Shown: piece after piece, positions 46,680-57,035 of the stretch
Numbering within the stretch: the stretch's first letter is position 1
Layout of the letters: each line of letters starts with the position of its first letter
DNA from: an uncultured bacterium
GTDB lineage: Bacteria > Patescibacteriota > Minisyncoccia > Phycocordibacterales > Zambryskibacteraceae
Length of the DNA stretch: 64,000 nt
Direction: 5' to 3'
Assembly: GCA_963789635.1 (NCBI GenBank)
Contig: CAWBLF010000003.1
Location: 2,372 to 66,371, forward strand
Translations under genes and position numbers: made by a program
The notes under the pieces: generated by a model
What the model was told of the DNA's origin: nothing
Database searches by the model: none
The model's input: the letters and a program-made list of their open reading frames with translations, nothing else

Positions 46680-46706
46680 AAAAAATGCCCTTTCCGGGCA
46701 TTTTTT
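46680..46706 (-). terminator. Intrinsic terminator downstream of ftsZ
   Basis: aaaaaatgccc-tttcc-gggcatttttt, symmetric with T-runs on both strands. Confidence 0.7.
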
Positions 46707-46733
46707 GATACTGGTTACCATATAGTTCACTTG

Positions 46734-47906
46734 TTACTTTAGCTTTGATCTTCGAAGGAAGGCTGGTACTGCTCCCCAGTCGTCATCCTCATCTTTTGTC
46801 TTTGCAGCTGGGGCAGAGGTAGCAGGAACTTCAATCTTCTTTTCCTCAGTTTTTGCCTCCTTGCTTGCTCCAAAGGTGGGCATTGCGTTATAAATTTTAC
46901 CCTTTTTGTCGTCGTCGCCACCAATGGAAAACAGACTTTTCTTAATCAAGTTTTCTGGGAAGCCGGAAGCAATGACGGTGATTTTGATTTCACCTTTTTT
47001 AAGTTTATCATCTCGCACGGTTCCGAAGATGATCTTGGCATTTGGGTCAACAGATTCGGTAATAACCTTGGCAGCATCTTGAATTTCAAACATAGTCAGG
47101 TCTTCACCTCCGGAGATAGAGAATAGTACTCCTTTGGCGCCGGCTATGGATACTTCCAACAGTGGTGAATTGATAGCAGCACGAGCTGCGTCTTCTGCGC
47201 GCTTTTCACCTGTGCCGTAGCCGATTCCCATGAGTGCCGGGCCGGCATTTTCCATAATTGCCCGAATATCGGCAAAGTCGATGTTTATGATACCAGGAGT
47301 GGTGACGAGATCAGAAATACCTTCTACTGCTTGGCGAAGAATATCATCGCACATCGCAAAAGCATTTTTGGCAGTAGTTTCTTTATCAATGGTGGAAAGC
47401 AAACGGTCGTTGGGAATAATGATAATGGCATCCACCGATTGGCGAAGCTCGTCTATACCTTGTTCGGCAATACGCATACGCTGTGTTCCTTCAAAGAAGA
47501 ATGGTTTGGTGACCACGGCCACAGTGAGACATCCAGAATCCTTGGCTACACGCGCTAAAGCCGGAGCGGCGCCACTACCTGTTCCTCCTCCCATACCGCA
47601 AGCGATGAAGACCATATCTGCCCCTTTGGTAGCTTCTTGGATTTCCTCTTTAGTTTCTTCTGCTGCGCGTTTGCCTACCTCAGGGTTCATTCCTGTTCCG
47701 AGACCCTTGGTAAGATTTTTACCGATGTGAATTTTCTTCTTGGCCAGAGAGTGATGGAGGTCCTGAGCGTCAGTGTTTACTGCAATAAAGTCAACTCCGC
47801 GAACTTTGGAATTGATCATATGATTGACCGCGTTCTTGCCGGATCCGCCGACTCCTATAACCTTGATGCGGGCGAATGATTCAACGTCTGGTTTGATTTG
47901 AGGCAT
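46734..47906 (-). CDS. ftsZ: Cell division GTPase FtsZ
   Basis: Tubulin signature GGGTGSGAAP and NTDAQ. The C-terminal tail DDDWGAVPAFLRR is an FtsA-binding peptide. Confidence 0.95.
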   Translation of the reverse strand: MPQIKPDVESFARIKVIGVGGSGKNAVNHMINSKVRGVDFIAVNTDAQDLHHSLAKKKIHIGKNLTKGLGTGMNPEVGKRAAEETKEEIQEATKGADMVFIACGMGGGTGSGAAPALARVAKDSGCLTVAVVTKPFFFEGTQRMRIAEQGIDELRQSVDAIIIIPNDRLLSTIDKETTAKNAFAMCDDILRQAVEGISDLVTTPGIINIDFADIRAIMENAGPALMGIGYGTGEKRAEDAARAAINSPLLEVSIAGAKGVLFSISGGEDLTMFEIQDAAKVITESVDPNAKIIFGTVRDDKLKKGEIKITVIASGFPENLIKKSLFSIGGDDDKKGKIYNAMPTFGASKEAKTEEKKIEVPATSAPAAKTKDEDDDWGAVPAFLRRSKLK

Positions 47907-48136
47907 GGTTAAAAGTTTATAAATTTAATAAGTTGTAAAGGTTTTATAAGTTTAGAGGGCTCAAAATAGGGTTCAAAAGCCCGATTCGCTTAGTAGAGGT
48001 ATCATAGCAAAGGCTTAAAAAAAGAAAAGGGAGTTGACACTCGTAATATTTTCGTGCTGTAGATTTTCTATTTTCAAACAAAAATAATTGGTTTTAATTT
48101 GGGTCCGAACGGCAATATTTTTTGTAGCGAAACAAC

Positions 48137-49327
48137 TTATGGCAGAAATGGTTTTACAATGTCGCGGACCTTTTTGAAAAGGTTTTTGGGAGTTTTGATG
48201 ATTATAGAACCGCGATTTTCACTTTCAATTTCACTCATACCGAGAATACATAGGCCGATGGCAACAGCAAAAAATGCTTCTTTAATTTTGCCTTTTTCTT
48301 TGTCGGGCATATTTATGTGTGCTACGCGGGATGGAAGTTTGAGAGATGTTTTGGCAAGGTCGATGAGTGCCCCCATCGATGATCCGCCTCCTGTGATAAT
48401 AATGCCTGCGGGCAACAAACCGTTGCGACCGATTTTTTTCAAATGTGCTTCAATGAGCTCAAACATATCGGAAAGTCTGGCGTTTATGATTTCGTCCAGC
48501 TTCTTTTTTGAATAATCAGTGCGTGTTATGCCACCAAGTTTGATACTTTCCGCTTCTTCCAAAGAAATACGCAAACCTAGAGCAATGTCATTTGTAATGT
48601 CCGTACCGCCGAGAGGGAACACCTCGAGAGAAATCGGTATGTTGTTTTCAAAAACAACTATTGAAAGTGTTTCGGCGCCAAGGTTTGCCAATACGCAACC
48701 AGCAATTTTTTGAGCTTTTGTGAGTGTTACAAAACTGGCGGCTATAGGCGATGCCACAACATCAATAACTTCAATGCCGGCATCTTCGACAGCGTCGATG
48801 AGATCTTTTAGATGACTCTCAAGGCACATAACAAAAAGAGCTTTGACTTCAAGTTTCATTCCCTTGAGACCGAGAGGGTGATTGCCGAGCACGTCTTTGC
48901 CATCCACCCTGTATTTGACCGGAATTTCATAAATAATTCTGCGATTTTGAGACAGTGCGGAAGGAATGGCCTCGCGCGCAAGATCCATAGCTTTAGCGGT
49001 ATCAAGCTCCGCCACCTCAGAGTCACCACGTGAAATCATTACTGTTCCTGTAGAGACAATGCTCGAGAGTCCTATCCCGCCGACAGAAACATAGGCCCTT
49101 TTAATTTGGATGCCTGACATTTTTGAAGCCTGGGCGATTGCCGTTTGCAATCCCTTGTTCACTTCATTTGGGTTTACAATATAACCATGTCGAAGACCCC
49201 TAGACTCGGCAAAACCGGTTCCAAGAATATGGGGGTGAGACTTTTCATTGTCATCTCCTTCCTCGGCCACAACCACTTTGATTTGGTACGTGCCGATATC
49301 AACGCCGACGGTAATATTTCGTGACAT
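48137..49327 (-). CDS. ftsA: Cell division protein FtsA
   Basis: Actin-like ATPase with VGVDIGTYQIKVVV phosphate-1 motif. Located upstream of ftsZ. Confidence 0.9.
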   Translation of the reverse strand: MSRNITVGVDIGTYQIKVVVAEEGDDNEKSHPHILGTGFAESRGLRHGYIVNPNEVNKGLQTAIAQASKMSGIQIKRAYVSVGGIGLSSIVSTGTVMISRGDSEVAELDTAKAMDLAREAIPSALSQNRRIIYEIPVKYRVDGKDVLGNHPLGLKGMKLEVKALFVMCLESHLKDLIDAVEDAGIEVIDVVASPIAASFVTLTKAQKIAGCVLANLGAETLSIVVFENNIPISLEVFPLGGTDITNDIALGLRISLEEAESIKLGGITRTDYSKKKLDEIINARLSDMFELIEAHLKKIGRNGLLPAGIIITGGGSSMGALIDLAKTSLKLPSRVAHINMPDKEKGKIKEAFFAVAIGLCILGMSEIESENRGSIIIKTPKNLFKKVRDIVKPFLP

Positions 49328-49374
49328 CTCCTCATATCATAGCAGAAAAGTGCTTCAAGCAATGTTTTTTCTGT

Positions 49375-49776
49375 TCAAAACTCATTCTTTTTTAGATATC
49401 TATTTTCAAGTTTCTCCATCGTTTTGCCGTGTTCAAATCCTTTTAAGTGCAAAAGTCCGTGAATGAACAGATATTTAATAAATGGTTCAAATTGTAAGTT
49501 GTGTTGGGGCGCTTCGCGTTTGGCCAAGCCAAGATTTATAAAAATTTCTCCTTCATTTTTTGATAACCCAAACGAAAGTATGTTGGTCGGTTTATTTTTT
49601 TGACGGTATGCATAATTGAGTTTTTTTGAAATAGCGTTGCCCACAAAAACAAGGGAAAGATCGTATGATTTTCCCAGAATGGCGTTTTTTATGCGCTCAA
49701 AAGGCAAGGCGGGCGCCTTGCCTTTGGTGGTGTTTTTGACATCAAAACCTCCTTTCTTACCGGCGCTTCTTACCAT
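49375..49776 (-). CDS. ybeY: rRNA maturation endoribonuclease YbeY
   Basis: HGLLHLKGFEH zinc-binding motif. Confidence 0.85.
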   Translation of the reverse strand: MVRSAGKKGGFDVKNTTKGKAPALPFERIKNAILGKSYDLSLVFVGNAISKKLNYAYRQKNKPTNILSFGLSKNEGEIFINLGLAKREAPQHNLQFEPFIKYLFIHGLLHLKGFEHGKTMEKLENRYLKKNEF

Positions 49777-50011
49777 TGGCGCGTGTGGTTTCTACAAGTT
49801 TACCAAGTTTAATTTGTTCTTGAATATAGGCGCGAGCTCGAATTTTTTTCAGGGTTTTTTTCTTTTTTACTATTTCAGAAAGATGTCGCGATGAGTAGCG
49901 GATTGAGCGGACGCGAGGAAGAACACCAGACCCTTGAACTCGTTTGGTGAAACGGCGCAATAGTGAAAGGCTGTTTTCGGTATTTTCGCGTTGAACTTCA
50001 ACATTTATCAT
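49757..50011 (-). CDS. rpsU: 30S ribosomal protein S21-like
   Basis: 84-aa basic protein. The pattern ..SLSLLRRFTKRVQGSGVLPRVR.. resembles S21. Confidence 0.55.
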   Translation of the reverse strand: MINVEVQRENTENSLSLLRRFTKRVQGSGVLPRVRSIRYSSRHLSEIVKKKKTLKKIRARAYIQEQIKLGKLVETTRANGKKRR

Positions 50012-50089
50012 AGACTCGTCATACTAACATAGGTATTTGGAGCTGACAAGGAGATGTGGTTTTATTTGAAAAAGCGAGCGAAGTTTTGA

Positions 50090-52195
50090 TTAGTGAGTTT
50101 TAAGATAATCTGTCAGAGCATTCAAGAGATTTTGGAATCCTTGAATTACACTTGCAACTTGTGCTGTGTCACTATTCGGGGCAAAGGATACTGAGTAATT
50201 TGTACCTCCAGTACTACCTCCTCCACCACTGGGTTGATTGGAATTATTTGTACTACTTACTGTGACTGTCACACCTTGTGACACTGTTCCGGATGTTCCG
50301 GTACAAGTGAGTGTATATGAGGTTGTCTGAGTAGGTTTAACTAGGAGTGAACCGTTAACACCACTACTTCCCAGTCCAAAACAACTTGTCGCATTTGTCG
50401 AAGACCAAGATATTGTGGAACTTTGTCCGGTTTGAATGGTTGTCGGGTTGGCAGAAATGGTAATGGAGATGTTTCCCGGATTGTTTACGGTGTTTGAACT
50501 TGAAACCACACTGACTGCTCTAGTCTTGATGGTTGTTAAACCAGCAGAGTTTGTGACCGAGTACGTGACGGTGTATGTGCCAACAGAGCCGGTGGTAACG
50601 GTGTCTTTGGTGGTAATCTTTCCGGTAATATTTCCATCAACGGCATCAAACGCGGTAGCTCCAGGATCAACGTAACCATTTCCGACAGTCACGATTACAG
50701 GGTTGGCACCCAACAGGGTTAGGGTTGGGGCAGCCGAGTTCGAAGAAGCTGAACAAGGAGCTCCAGTCACCGTGTTGTAGAGTTCATTGTTTGCACATGG
50801 TGTTGTGTTTGAACTTGAAACCACACTGACTGCTCTAGTCTTGATGGTTGTTAAACCAGCAGAGTTTGTGACCGAGTACGTGACGGTGTATGTGCCAACA
50901 GAGCCGGTGGTAACGGTGTCTTTGGTGGTAATCTTTCCGGTAATATTTCCATCAACGGCATCAAACGCGGTAGCTCCAGGATCAACGTAACCATTTCCGA
51001 CAGTCACGATTACAGGGTTGGCACCCAACAGGGTTAGGGTTGGGGCAGCGCTGGTGGATGTACCTGTAGTCGGAGTGTTTGTGCTAGCCACAACATTATA
51101 AGCTCCTATCACAGAACTATATGCACAATTTGGTACCCATGAAAGTGATGGGATAGTAAAGTTTGTGTCTTTTATAAGAAAACCGCATTCGTTAAATAGT
51201 TCGTATGAACTAAGGTTTGGATGAATCCAAGTGTCGTTTCCATTTTGGATTTTCTCGCTGTACCACGATGCGTTTTGTGGGTTATATCCGATATCGTAGG
51301 TTGCTCCAACCAATGAAGGTAGGGTAGCTTTGAAAACAACTTGTTTGGGCACTGAACTTGCGGCGAGATAGTAGTTGGAAGTCAAAACTTGGATTGAAGC
51401 CGGAACGGCTGTGTACATACAAATTGGTCTACCGCTTTCGGCGTCAACTAGACCGCAGTTGTCGCTATTCCCGAGGTCGTTTATGTTTGTAATTGGGCCA
51501 TGGGACCAGTCAATTCCACCGGATTTGTCATCAGTTTTTTTGATTATCCAAGTACGGCTACTTGGTGAGTAGTACACATGCCATGTTTTATTGTAGTTGT
51601 GTTGAGTATATACCTCTGTATAACCTTGAGGAGTATAGGGGTTTGATGCGGAAGAAACAGTGGATGGAGGGGTATTTGTAGAAGTTGTTTGTTCAGATTG
51701 TATTAATGCGGAAAGCTGAGCTTGCAAAGCGGTAATCTGAGCAGTTATCTGCTGAATAAGAGAGGCGTTTGTCGGTTGATTTGCATTTACTGATGCGGTT
51801 GTTTGAGTGATTGCGGCGCTACCGTTTGTTGTTTCGTTTGGTAGCGTAACTGAACCAATCACATTAACTGTGGCGCTTGAGGTTTTATTTAATCCGCTGG
51901 CATTTGAACACGTCAGTGTATATGAGGTTGTTTGAGATGGTGTCACAGCGGTACTGCTTATAGGGGACTGATTGCCCAGATATAATGGCGCACCCAAAGA
52001 ACAACTAGTGGTATCGAAAGACGTGGCCCATGATAGCGTGGATGATTCACCAGTGGAAATTGAAGAAGGAGTGGCTGTAAAATAAATTATAATCGGAGGG
52101 GTGGGATTGGTTTGAGCACTTGCATTTTGTATAAAGGCAAAGCCAAAAACTAAGAATGGCGCAACAAACAACGTCAACATTCTTCTTGAGTTCAT
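50090..52195 (-). CDS. Large secreted protein with Ig-like repeats (two identical DUF5011-like modules)
   Basis: Signal peptide, Thr/Ser-rich beta-type repeats, and a duplicated 81-aa block APTLTLLGANPVIVTVGNGYVDPGATAFDAVDGNITGKI... Confidence 0.7.
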   Translation of the reverse strand: MNSRRMLTLFVAPFLVFGFAFIQNASAQTNPTPPIIIYFTATPSSISTGESSTLSWATSFDTTSCSLGAPLYLGNQSPISSTAVTPSQTTSYTLTCSNASGLNKTSSATVNVIGSVTLPNETTNGSAAITQTTASVNANQPTNASLIQQITAQITALQAQLSALIQSEQTTSTNTPPSTVSSASNPYTPQGYTEVYTQHNYNKTWHVYYSPSSRTWIIKKTDDKSGGIDWSHGPITNINDLGNSDNCGLVDAESGRPICMYTAVPASIQVLTSNYYLAASSVPKQVVFKATLPSLVGATYDIGYNPQNASWYSEKIQNGNDTWIHPNLSSYELFNECGFLIKDTNFTIPSLSWVPNCAYSSVIGAYNVVASTNTPTTGTSTSAAPTLTLLGANPVIVTVGNGYVDPGATAFDAVDGNITGKITTKDTVTTGSVGTYTVTYSVTNSAGLTTIKTRAVSVVSSSNTTPCANNELYNTVTGAPCSASSNSAAPTLTLLGANPVIVTVGNGYVDPGATAFDAVDGNITGKITTKDTVTTGSVGTYTVTYSVTNSAGLTTIKTRAVSVVSSSNTVNNPGNISITISANPTTIQTGQSSTISWSSTNATSCFGLGSSGVNGSLLVKPTQTTSYTLTCTGTSGTVSQGVTVTVSSTNNSNQPSGGGGSTGGTNYSVSFAPNSDTAQVASVIQGFQNLLNALTDYLKTH
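50490..51049. repeat. Intragenic tandem duplication with a 315-bp period and 245 bp perfectly identical
   Basis: 50490-50734 is identical to 50805-51049 when read directly. ORFs 50436-50675 and 50787-50990 share the same antisense peptide. Confidence 0.85.
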
Positions 52196-52294
52196 AGTTA
52201 TAGGTTAATTTTTAATTTAATAAACTGCAAAAAACTTACAGTTTAATTGTAACATTTTTAAAGATAATTCTGTTTACATCTTTATTTGATTTTC

Positions 52295-53512
52295 CTACTT
52301 CAATTTTTTCAAATATACCACTATGTCTTTTATGGGAACACTTTCCTGAGCGTGGGTGGACATATTTCGCACCATTACCGATTTTTCGAGAGCTTCTTTT
52401 TGGCCAATGATTAATACATACGGGGTCTTCAAATATTCCGCATTCTGCATTTGGCTTCCCAATTTGTCCTTGGCTAGTGAGTGGGCGACTGATAATTTTG
52501 CCTTACGAAGGTTTTCTATAACTGTTAGCGTGGAAATTTTGGCACCCATGCCAAGTTGGATCAAATAAAACTTCGGTTTCGGTATGCCCTTGAAAGAGGC
52601 ATGAAGATTTTTCTTTTTTAATGAAATTGTGACACCAACCGCCGGTATTTCACGTTTCATGCCTATTTTTTTTGATAATCGTGAATACCAATATCCTTGA
52701 GCCAGTAACTCGTTTCCAGATTCGGCATTGGTTCTTATTTCAAAAATGGTATGAGAACAAAATGTTGGAGAACCGATGAGATTTGGGGCAATATCGTATT
52801 GAATATCAAATGATTCAATATATTCCAAAACTTCTTTAAAATGATTTCGGGATTCTTCCGAAAGGAAACTCATTGATTTGGGGGCCTGTTCCTGGACTGT
52901 GGCATGTTTTTCTTCAGTATTTCGTAAAATTTCAAATACGTCGTGCTTGGCCATTTTGCGAATGTCGGCCGAGAAACTATTCATATTTTTTCGCACAAAC
53001 ACATTCACAACCCGCCCGAATTCGGATATGGATTCTTTGTCACCAAGACTGTTGATGGTGATAGCAAGATTTTCATAACCCTCTTCGGTGAGGATGGAGA
53101 GTGTTGTTCTTATAAGTAGAGCTTCCGCAACACTTCCAGAGAGTCCAAAAATTTCCAAACCAAAAGTAAAGTCAGTAGTTTTTTTTGAAAAGGTGCCAGC
53201 AAGGGGTTTTTTGTAAGATATCAATATTGGCCAAGATTTGTTTTCAATGTTTCCATTTTCGATGTTGCGTAAAAGTGAAATTTTTTCCAGCAAATCAAAT
53301 GTAAACGGTGATTCTGCTTGAATACGTTTAGGGTCGTAATATGGGTCGTGCACAGCACGCAAACAAGCGAGATCATCTTTACCCACGGAAGGAGTCTTGA
53401 TAGGAGTAAAGCCAAAATAAAGGCCGATTTCAAAGGGTTTTTCCAAAATTCGCCCCCTTTTTTCGTTGCTTTTTTTGGGTTTTGATTTTTGCGTTAACTG
53501 TTTTTTCGTCAT
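52295..53512 (-). CDS. Histidyl-tRNA synthetase-like (HisS/HisZ family) protein with divergent catalytic motifs
   Basis: Class II HisRS architecture and a C-terminal anticodon-binding-like domain (PYVLIIGQKEALEKSVMVRNM). Motif 2 and motif 3 equivalents are degenerate (YKKPLAG.., AQGYWYSRL). Confidence 0.6.
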   Translation of the reverse strand: MTKKQLTQKSKPKKSNEKRGRILEKPFEIGLYFGFTPIKTPSVGKDDLACLRAVHDPYYDPKRIQAESPFTFDLLEKISLLRNIENGNIENKSWPILISYKKPLAGTFSKKTTDFTFGLEIFGLSGSVAEALLIRTTLSILTEEGYENLAITINSLGDKESISEFGRVVNVFVRKNMNSFSADIRKMAKHDVFEILRNTEEKHATVQEQAPKSMSFLSEESRNHFKEVLEYIESFDIQYDIAPNLIGSPTFCSHTIFEIRTNAESGNELLAQGYWYSRLSKKIGMKREIPAVGVTISLKKKNLHASFKGIPKPKFYLIQLGMGAKISTLTVIENLRKAKLSVAHSLAKDKLGSQMQNAEYLKTPYVLIIGQKEALEKSVMVRNMSTHAQESVPIKDIVVYLKKLK

Positions 53513-53591
53513 AGTTTGGATTTTAAGAGTGGGGTCAACCGCAGGTCGCAAAAGTGAAATTTTTTAGAGTAGTCTCGGTTTTTGCGGTTTT

Positions 53592-54242
53592 TTATTTTCC
53601 TGTTATTACTCCCGTTTCATCACCCGGAAGCACTCCAATTTCCGTCAGTGGAAATAGACGCAGTATAGGACGACCGACAATGTCTTTGGCGGGTAACGGT
53701 CCCCAAATTCTAGAGTCGGCCGAGCCAAGTCGGTTGTCACCCATGACAAAGTACTCGTCACTGCCAAGAGTTTTTGAATAGTTTTCTATTTTAGGAAATT
53801 TGATATACGGTTCATTGAGAGTCAGCATGGTGCCGTCTGTTTTAGTGATTGTAACCACGCCGTCCTTGATTGTTACTGTTTCTCCTGGAAGCCCGATAAC
53901 TCGCTTGATAAAATACCAAGATGTATTTAAAGGATATTTGAATATTATTACCGAGCCACGAGCGGGGGTAGTGAAACGGTAAGAAAGTTGGTCCACGATA
54001 AGATAATTGTCGGTTTCGAAAGTAGGGGACATACTGGCGCCATTTACTATGTATGGTTGAGCGATGAATATGCGGAATGGAACGACGATGAGGATAGCAA
54101 TAAGAGCAAATTCCACCAGCTCTCTCCAAAAGCTTTTGTCTTTGCGTTTTTTGGTTTCTTTTTTTATTTGGGCAACTTCTTTTTGAATCGCATCAGGCAA
54201 TATTTCGGGAGTGGGAGAATTTTGAATGTCGTTTTCTTTCAT
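53592..54242 (-). CDS. lepB: Signal peptidase I
   Basis: Catalytic Ser box GASMSPTF, a Lys box, and GDNRLGSADSR. Confidence 0.85.
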   Translation of the reverse strand: MKENDIQNSPTPEILPDAIQKEVAQIKKETKKRKDKSFWRELVEFALIAILIVVPFRIFIAQPYIVNGASMSPTFETDNYLIVDQLSYRFTTPARGSVIIFKYPLNTSWYFIKRVIGLPGETVTIKDGVVTITKTDGTMLTLNEPYIKFPKIENYSKTLGSDEYFVMGDNRLGSADSRIWGPLPAKDIVGRPILRLFPLTEIGVLPGDETGVITGK

Positions 54243-54381
54243 GTTGAAGTGGTGTAAAGGAAATTTTGTTCTGAAGATTGTAGCTTATTGGATGTATTGA
54301 CATAAAGTGATTATATGTGTTTTGGTAATTTATTTGAAATTAAAGATAGAATGACGCAATAATTTTTGTTAAACTTTGCGC

Positions 54382-54969
54382 ATGCATATTATCGTTGGCC
54401 TTGGAAATCCGGGGGAGGGGTATGTCAAGACTCGTCACAACACGGGTCGTATTGTGCTTGGAAAATTTGTCAAAGAACATACGAATGGCGAGATGGTATT
54501 TTCAAAAAAACACAAAGCACTTGTCTCGGAAGGGAAAATTAAAAGTGATAAATTTATTGTTGTCTTTCCGGAAACATATATGAATAAGTCTGGAATGAGC
54601 GTTGCCAGTCTGGTGACAAACAAAAAAAAGGCGGAATCTCTGGTGGTAGTACACGACGACTTGGATTTGCCGATTGGTAAAATCAAAATTTCGTTCAATC
54701 GTGGTACCGGCGGTCATCGCGGAGTGCTTTCCATAGTTAAAGCTCTCAAAACGGAAGGATTTGTACGTATTCGAGTCGGCATAAGCCCATCCACCCCGTC
54801 TGGCAAGACGAAAAAGCCTTCGGGCGAAAGCGCGGTCGAGCGTCACATTCTCGGAAAGTTTTCTTCAAAAGAAGAAGAGTTAATCAAAAAAATTACCAAA
54901 AGAGTGGAAGAAGCCCTAGTTGTCTTGATTACCGAGGGCAGGGAGTCGGCCATGAGCAAATTCAACTAA
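54382..54969 (+). CDS. pth: Peptidyl-tRNA hydrolase
   Basis: MHIIVGLGNPG...TRHNTG..., typical of the Pth N-terminus. Confidence 0.9.
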   Translation: MHIIVGLGNPGEGYVKTRHNTGRIVLGKFVKEHTNGEMVFSKKHKALVSEGKIKSDKFIVVFPETYMNKSGMSVASLVTNKKKAESLVVVHDDLDLPIGKIKISFNRGTGGHRGVLSIVKALKTEGFVRIRVGISPSTPSGKTKKPSGESAVERHILGKFSSKEEELIKKITKRVEEALVVLITEGRESAMSKFN

Positions 54970-54977
54970 ACAAAAAA

Positions 54978-55000
54978 ACGAGGCCTCGCCTCGTTTTTTT
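54978..55000. terminator. Bidirectional intrinsic terminator between pth and rpsA
   Basis: acgagg-cctcg-cctcgt flanked by an A-run and a T-run. Confidence 0.65.
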
Positions 55001-55010
55001 GTTTTGAATT

Positions 55011-56147
55011 TTATTTGTTTGCCTCAGTGTAGGAGAGCGCCATTTTTTGTTCCTTTGGATCAAAAAGTGTGATTTTGAAATTATAAGTCTTACCCAATTC
55101 AAGCTTGTTTCGTAATTTTTCTTCACTACCAAACTCGGAAATGTGCACGAGCCCGGCTACTCCCTCTTCAATGGAAGCAAGAGCTCCGTGTTTGTTGAAT
55201 TTGATGATAACCCCTTTGACCAAATCGTCTTTTTTATACTTCTTTTCGGCTTCTCTCCAAGGGTTTTCTTTTAGAGCTTTGATTGAAAGAGAAATTTTGC
55301 CGTCTTTGATATCAATTACTTTTACCTTAACTTTATCTCCAATTTTGTATAACGTGCGTGGGTTTTCTACGAGCGCCCAGTCAATTTCAGAAATGTGCAC
55401 TAGTCCTTCCAGTCCTTCCTCAAGTTTTATGAAGATGCCGAAGTCTACGATACCGGTCACCTCCCCGGTAATCTCGTCACCCAAAACATATTTATCAATA
55501 ATAAGTTTTTTGTCTTTGTTTTCAGGATTTTTCTCGGAGAATATAAGTTTGCCTTCTTTTGGAATGGCAGCAATGATAGCAACCGAGATACGAGTGCCGA
55601 CAAGTTTTTTCAATTCCTCCAAAATTTTGTCTTTATCACCGTCTGAAACTCTTGGGTAATGTTCGGTCTTTAGCTGAGAGGCGGGCAAAAATCCTTGGAT
55701 ACCTTGCCATGCCAAAATAAGGCCACCCTTGTTTGCTTCTTGAATTGGCAAATCGTAGATAGTCCTGCTTCGGATTGCTTCCTCGGCTTCACTCCATATG
55801 AGAGCTTGGCGGGCTTCTTTGAGTGAGATTTCGATATAACCATCCTTGTTGTCCAGAGATACAACTTTACCTGCAACACCGTCACCTATATTTATTTTAC
55901 GAATAATATCGCGGGCGTTGAGATATTCACGTCCATAGATAATACCCGTCCCAAAAGGGAACAGATCTATGTAAACAGCACCTTTGTCTATGCCAATTAC
56001 GACGCCTTCGACGAGATCGTCCACGGACGGAGGAGTAGCGCTGTCCTCCATTAGTTTCCCCATAGGGGTATCTCTTTTTGCCGCTTTTTCTTTTTCCTCC
56101 AACACCTTTTCTTCATCCACTTGAACAGAATCTTTGAGTTCTTTCAT
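55011..56147 (-). CDS. rpsA: 30S ribosomal protein S1 (four S1 domains)
   Basis: Repeated S1 OB-fold motifs (G.V..I...G.F..L..G..GL.H.SE). Confidence 0.85.
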   Translation of the reverse strand: MKELKDSVQVDEEKVLEEKEKAAKRDTPMGKLMEDSATPPSVDDLVEGVVIGIDKGAVYIDLFPFGTGIIYGREYLNARDIIRKINIGDGVAGKVVSLDNKDGYIEISLKEARQALIWSEAEEAIRSRTIYDLPIQEANKGGLILAWQGIQGFLPASQLKTEHYPRVSDGDKDKILEELKKLVGTRISVAIIAAIPKEGKLIFSEKNPENKDKKLIIDKYVLGDEITGEVTGIVDFGIFIKLEEGLEGLVHISEIDWALVENPRTLYKIGDKVKVKVIDIKDGKISLSIKALKENPWREAEKKYKKDDLVKGVIIKFNKHGALASIEEGVAGLVHISEFGSEEKLRNKLELGKTYNFKITLFDPKEQKMALSYTEANK

Positions 56148-56381
56148 TAAGTTTGTCCCGTAAATGTTTCCGCCTCGCTATTTCGGTCATGACTCCGACG
56201 GAAGGTTAATTTGACGGTTAATAATGTTTAAACGAAACATCTTTGCTTAAAAAACAAAGAGAGCGATATACTACTAAAAAATGATAGTAATGTCCATACT
56301 GAAGATTTTACGAATAATTTTGGGCATAAATAAATCAAATTTTGGGTGGAAAAAGTATTTGTAATATGCTAGAATACAGCC

Positions 56382-57017
56382 ATGATTATCACGTATCAGG
56401 GCGTTGAGTCGCTCAAAATCCAGTTTGGCGACACCACGGTTTCCTATAACCCAGTTTCAAAGGACTCCTCATTTCCGGCTACGCGTTTTGGCGCAGATAT
56501 TGTCCTTATTTCACTCAATGACCCGGATATGAACGGCGCCGATTCGGCTTCCCGTGGTGACAGGAAGGCTTTTGTAATTTCCGGTTCTGGCGAGTACGAG
56601 ATTGGCGGGGTTTTTATTCGAGGGTTTCAATCACACTCCAACTATAAAGGCGCTGACAGACTTAACACCATTTATCTTATGAACCTTGAAGGTATGAATC
56701 TATGTTTTCTGGGGGCCTTGGATTCCGTGGAATCCATTGATTCGGCCACTACCGAAGAGCTCGAGGACATTGATGTGCTTTTTGTCCCTATTGGTGGTGA
56801 CGGAGTTTTGACGGCATCGCAGGCAGAAAACCTTTCCGTTAAACTTGAACCGCGACTCATTGTTCCTATTCATTATGGAGAAAAGCTTAACCAGGGTGCC
56901 TTAAAAGCGTTTCTAAAAGAAACCGGAGAAGACAGCAAACCTGTAGACAAGCTCACTATCAAAAAAAAGGATTTGGAAGGCAAAGAAGGGGAGGTTGTTG
57001 TATTATCAGAGGTATAA
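56382..57017 (+). CDS. MBL-fold metal-dependent hydrolase-like protein
   Basis: 211 aa. The beta-lactamase-fold-like pattern (MIITYQGVESLKIQF.., ..VPIHYG) gives a tentative assignment. Confidence 0.55.
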   Translation: MIITYQGVESLKIQFGDTTVSYNPVSKDSSFPATRFGADIVLISLNDPDMNGADSASRGDRKAFVISGSGEYEIGGVFIRGFQSHSNYKGADRLNTIYLMNLEGMNLCFLGALDSVESIDSATTEELEDIDVLFVPIGGDGVLTASQAENLSVKLEPRLIVPIHYGEKLNQGALKAFLKETGEDSKPVDKLTIKKKDLEGKEGEVVVLSEV

Positions 57018-57035
57018 TGTATTGCGCACAATAAT

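Noticed and set aside
48040-48075. TTGACA...TAGATT promoter-like text on the plus strand between ftsA and ftsZ
   Set aside because: The spacer is about 20 nt, and it would drive transcription antisense to ftsA. This is likely a chance match in AT-rich sequence.
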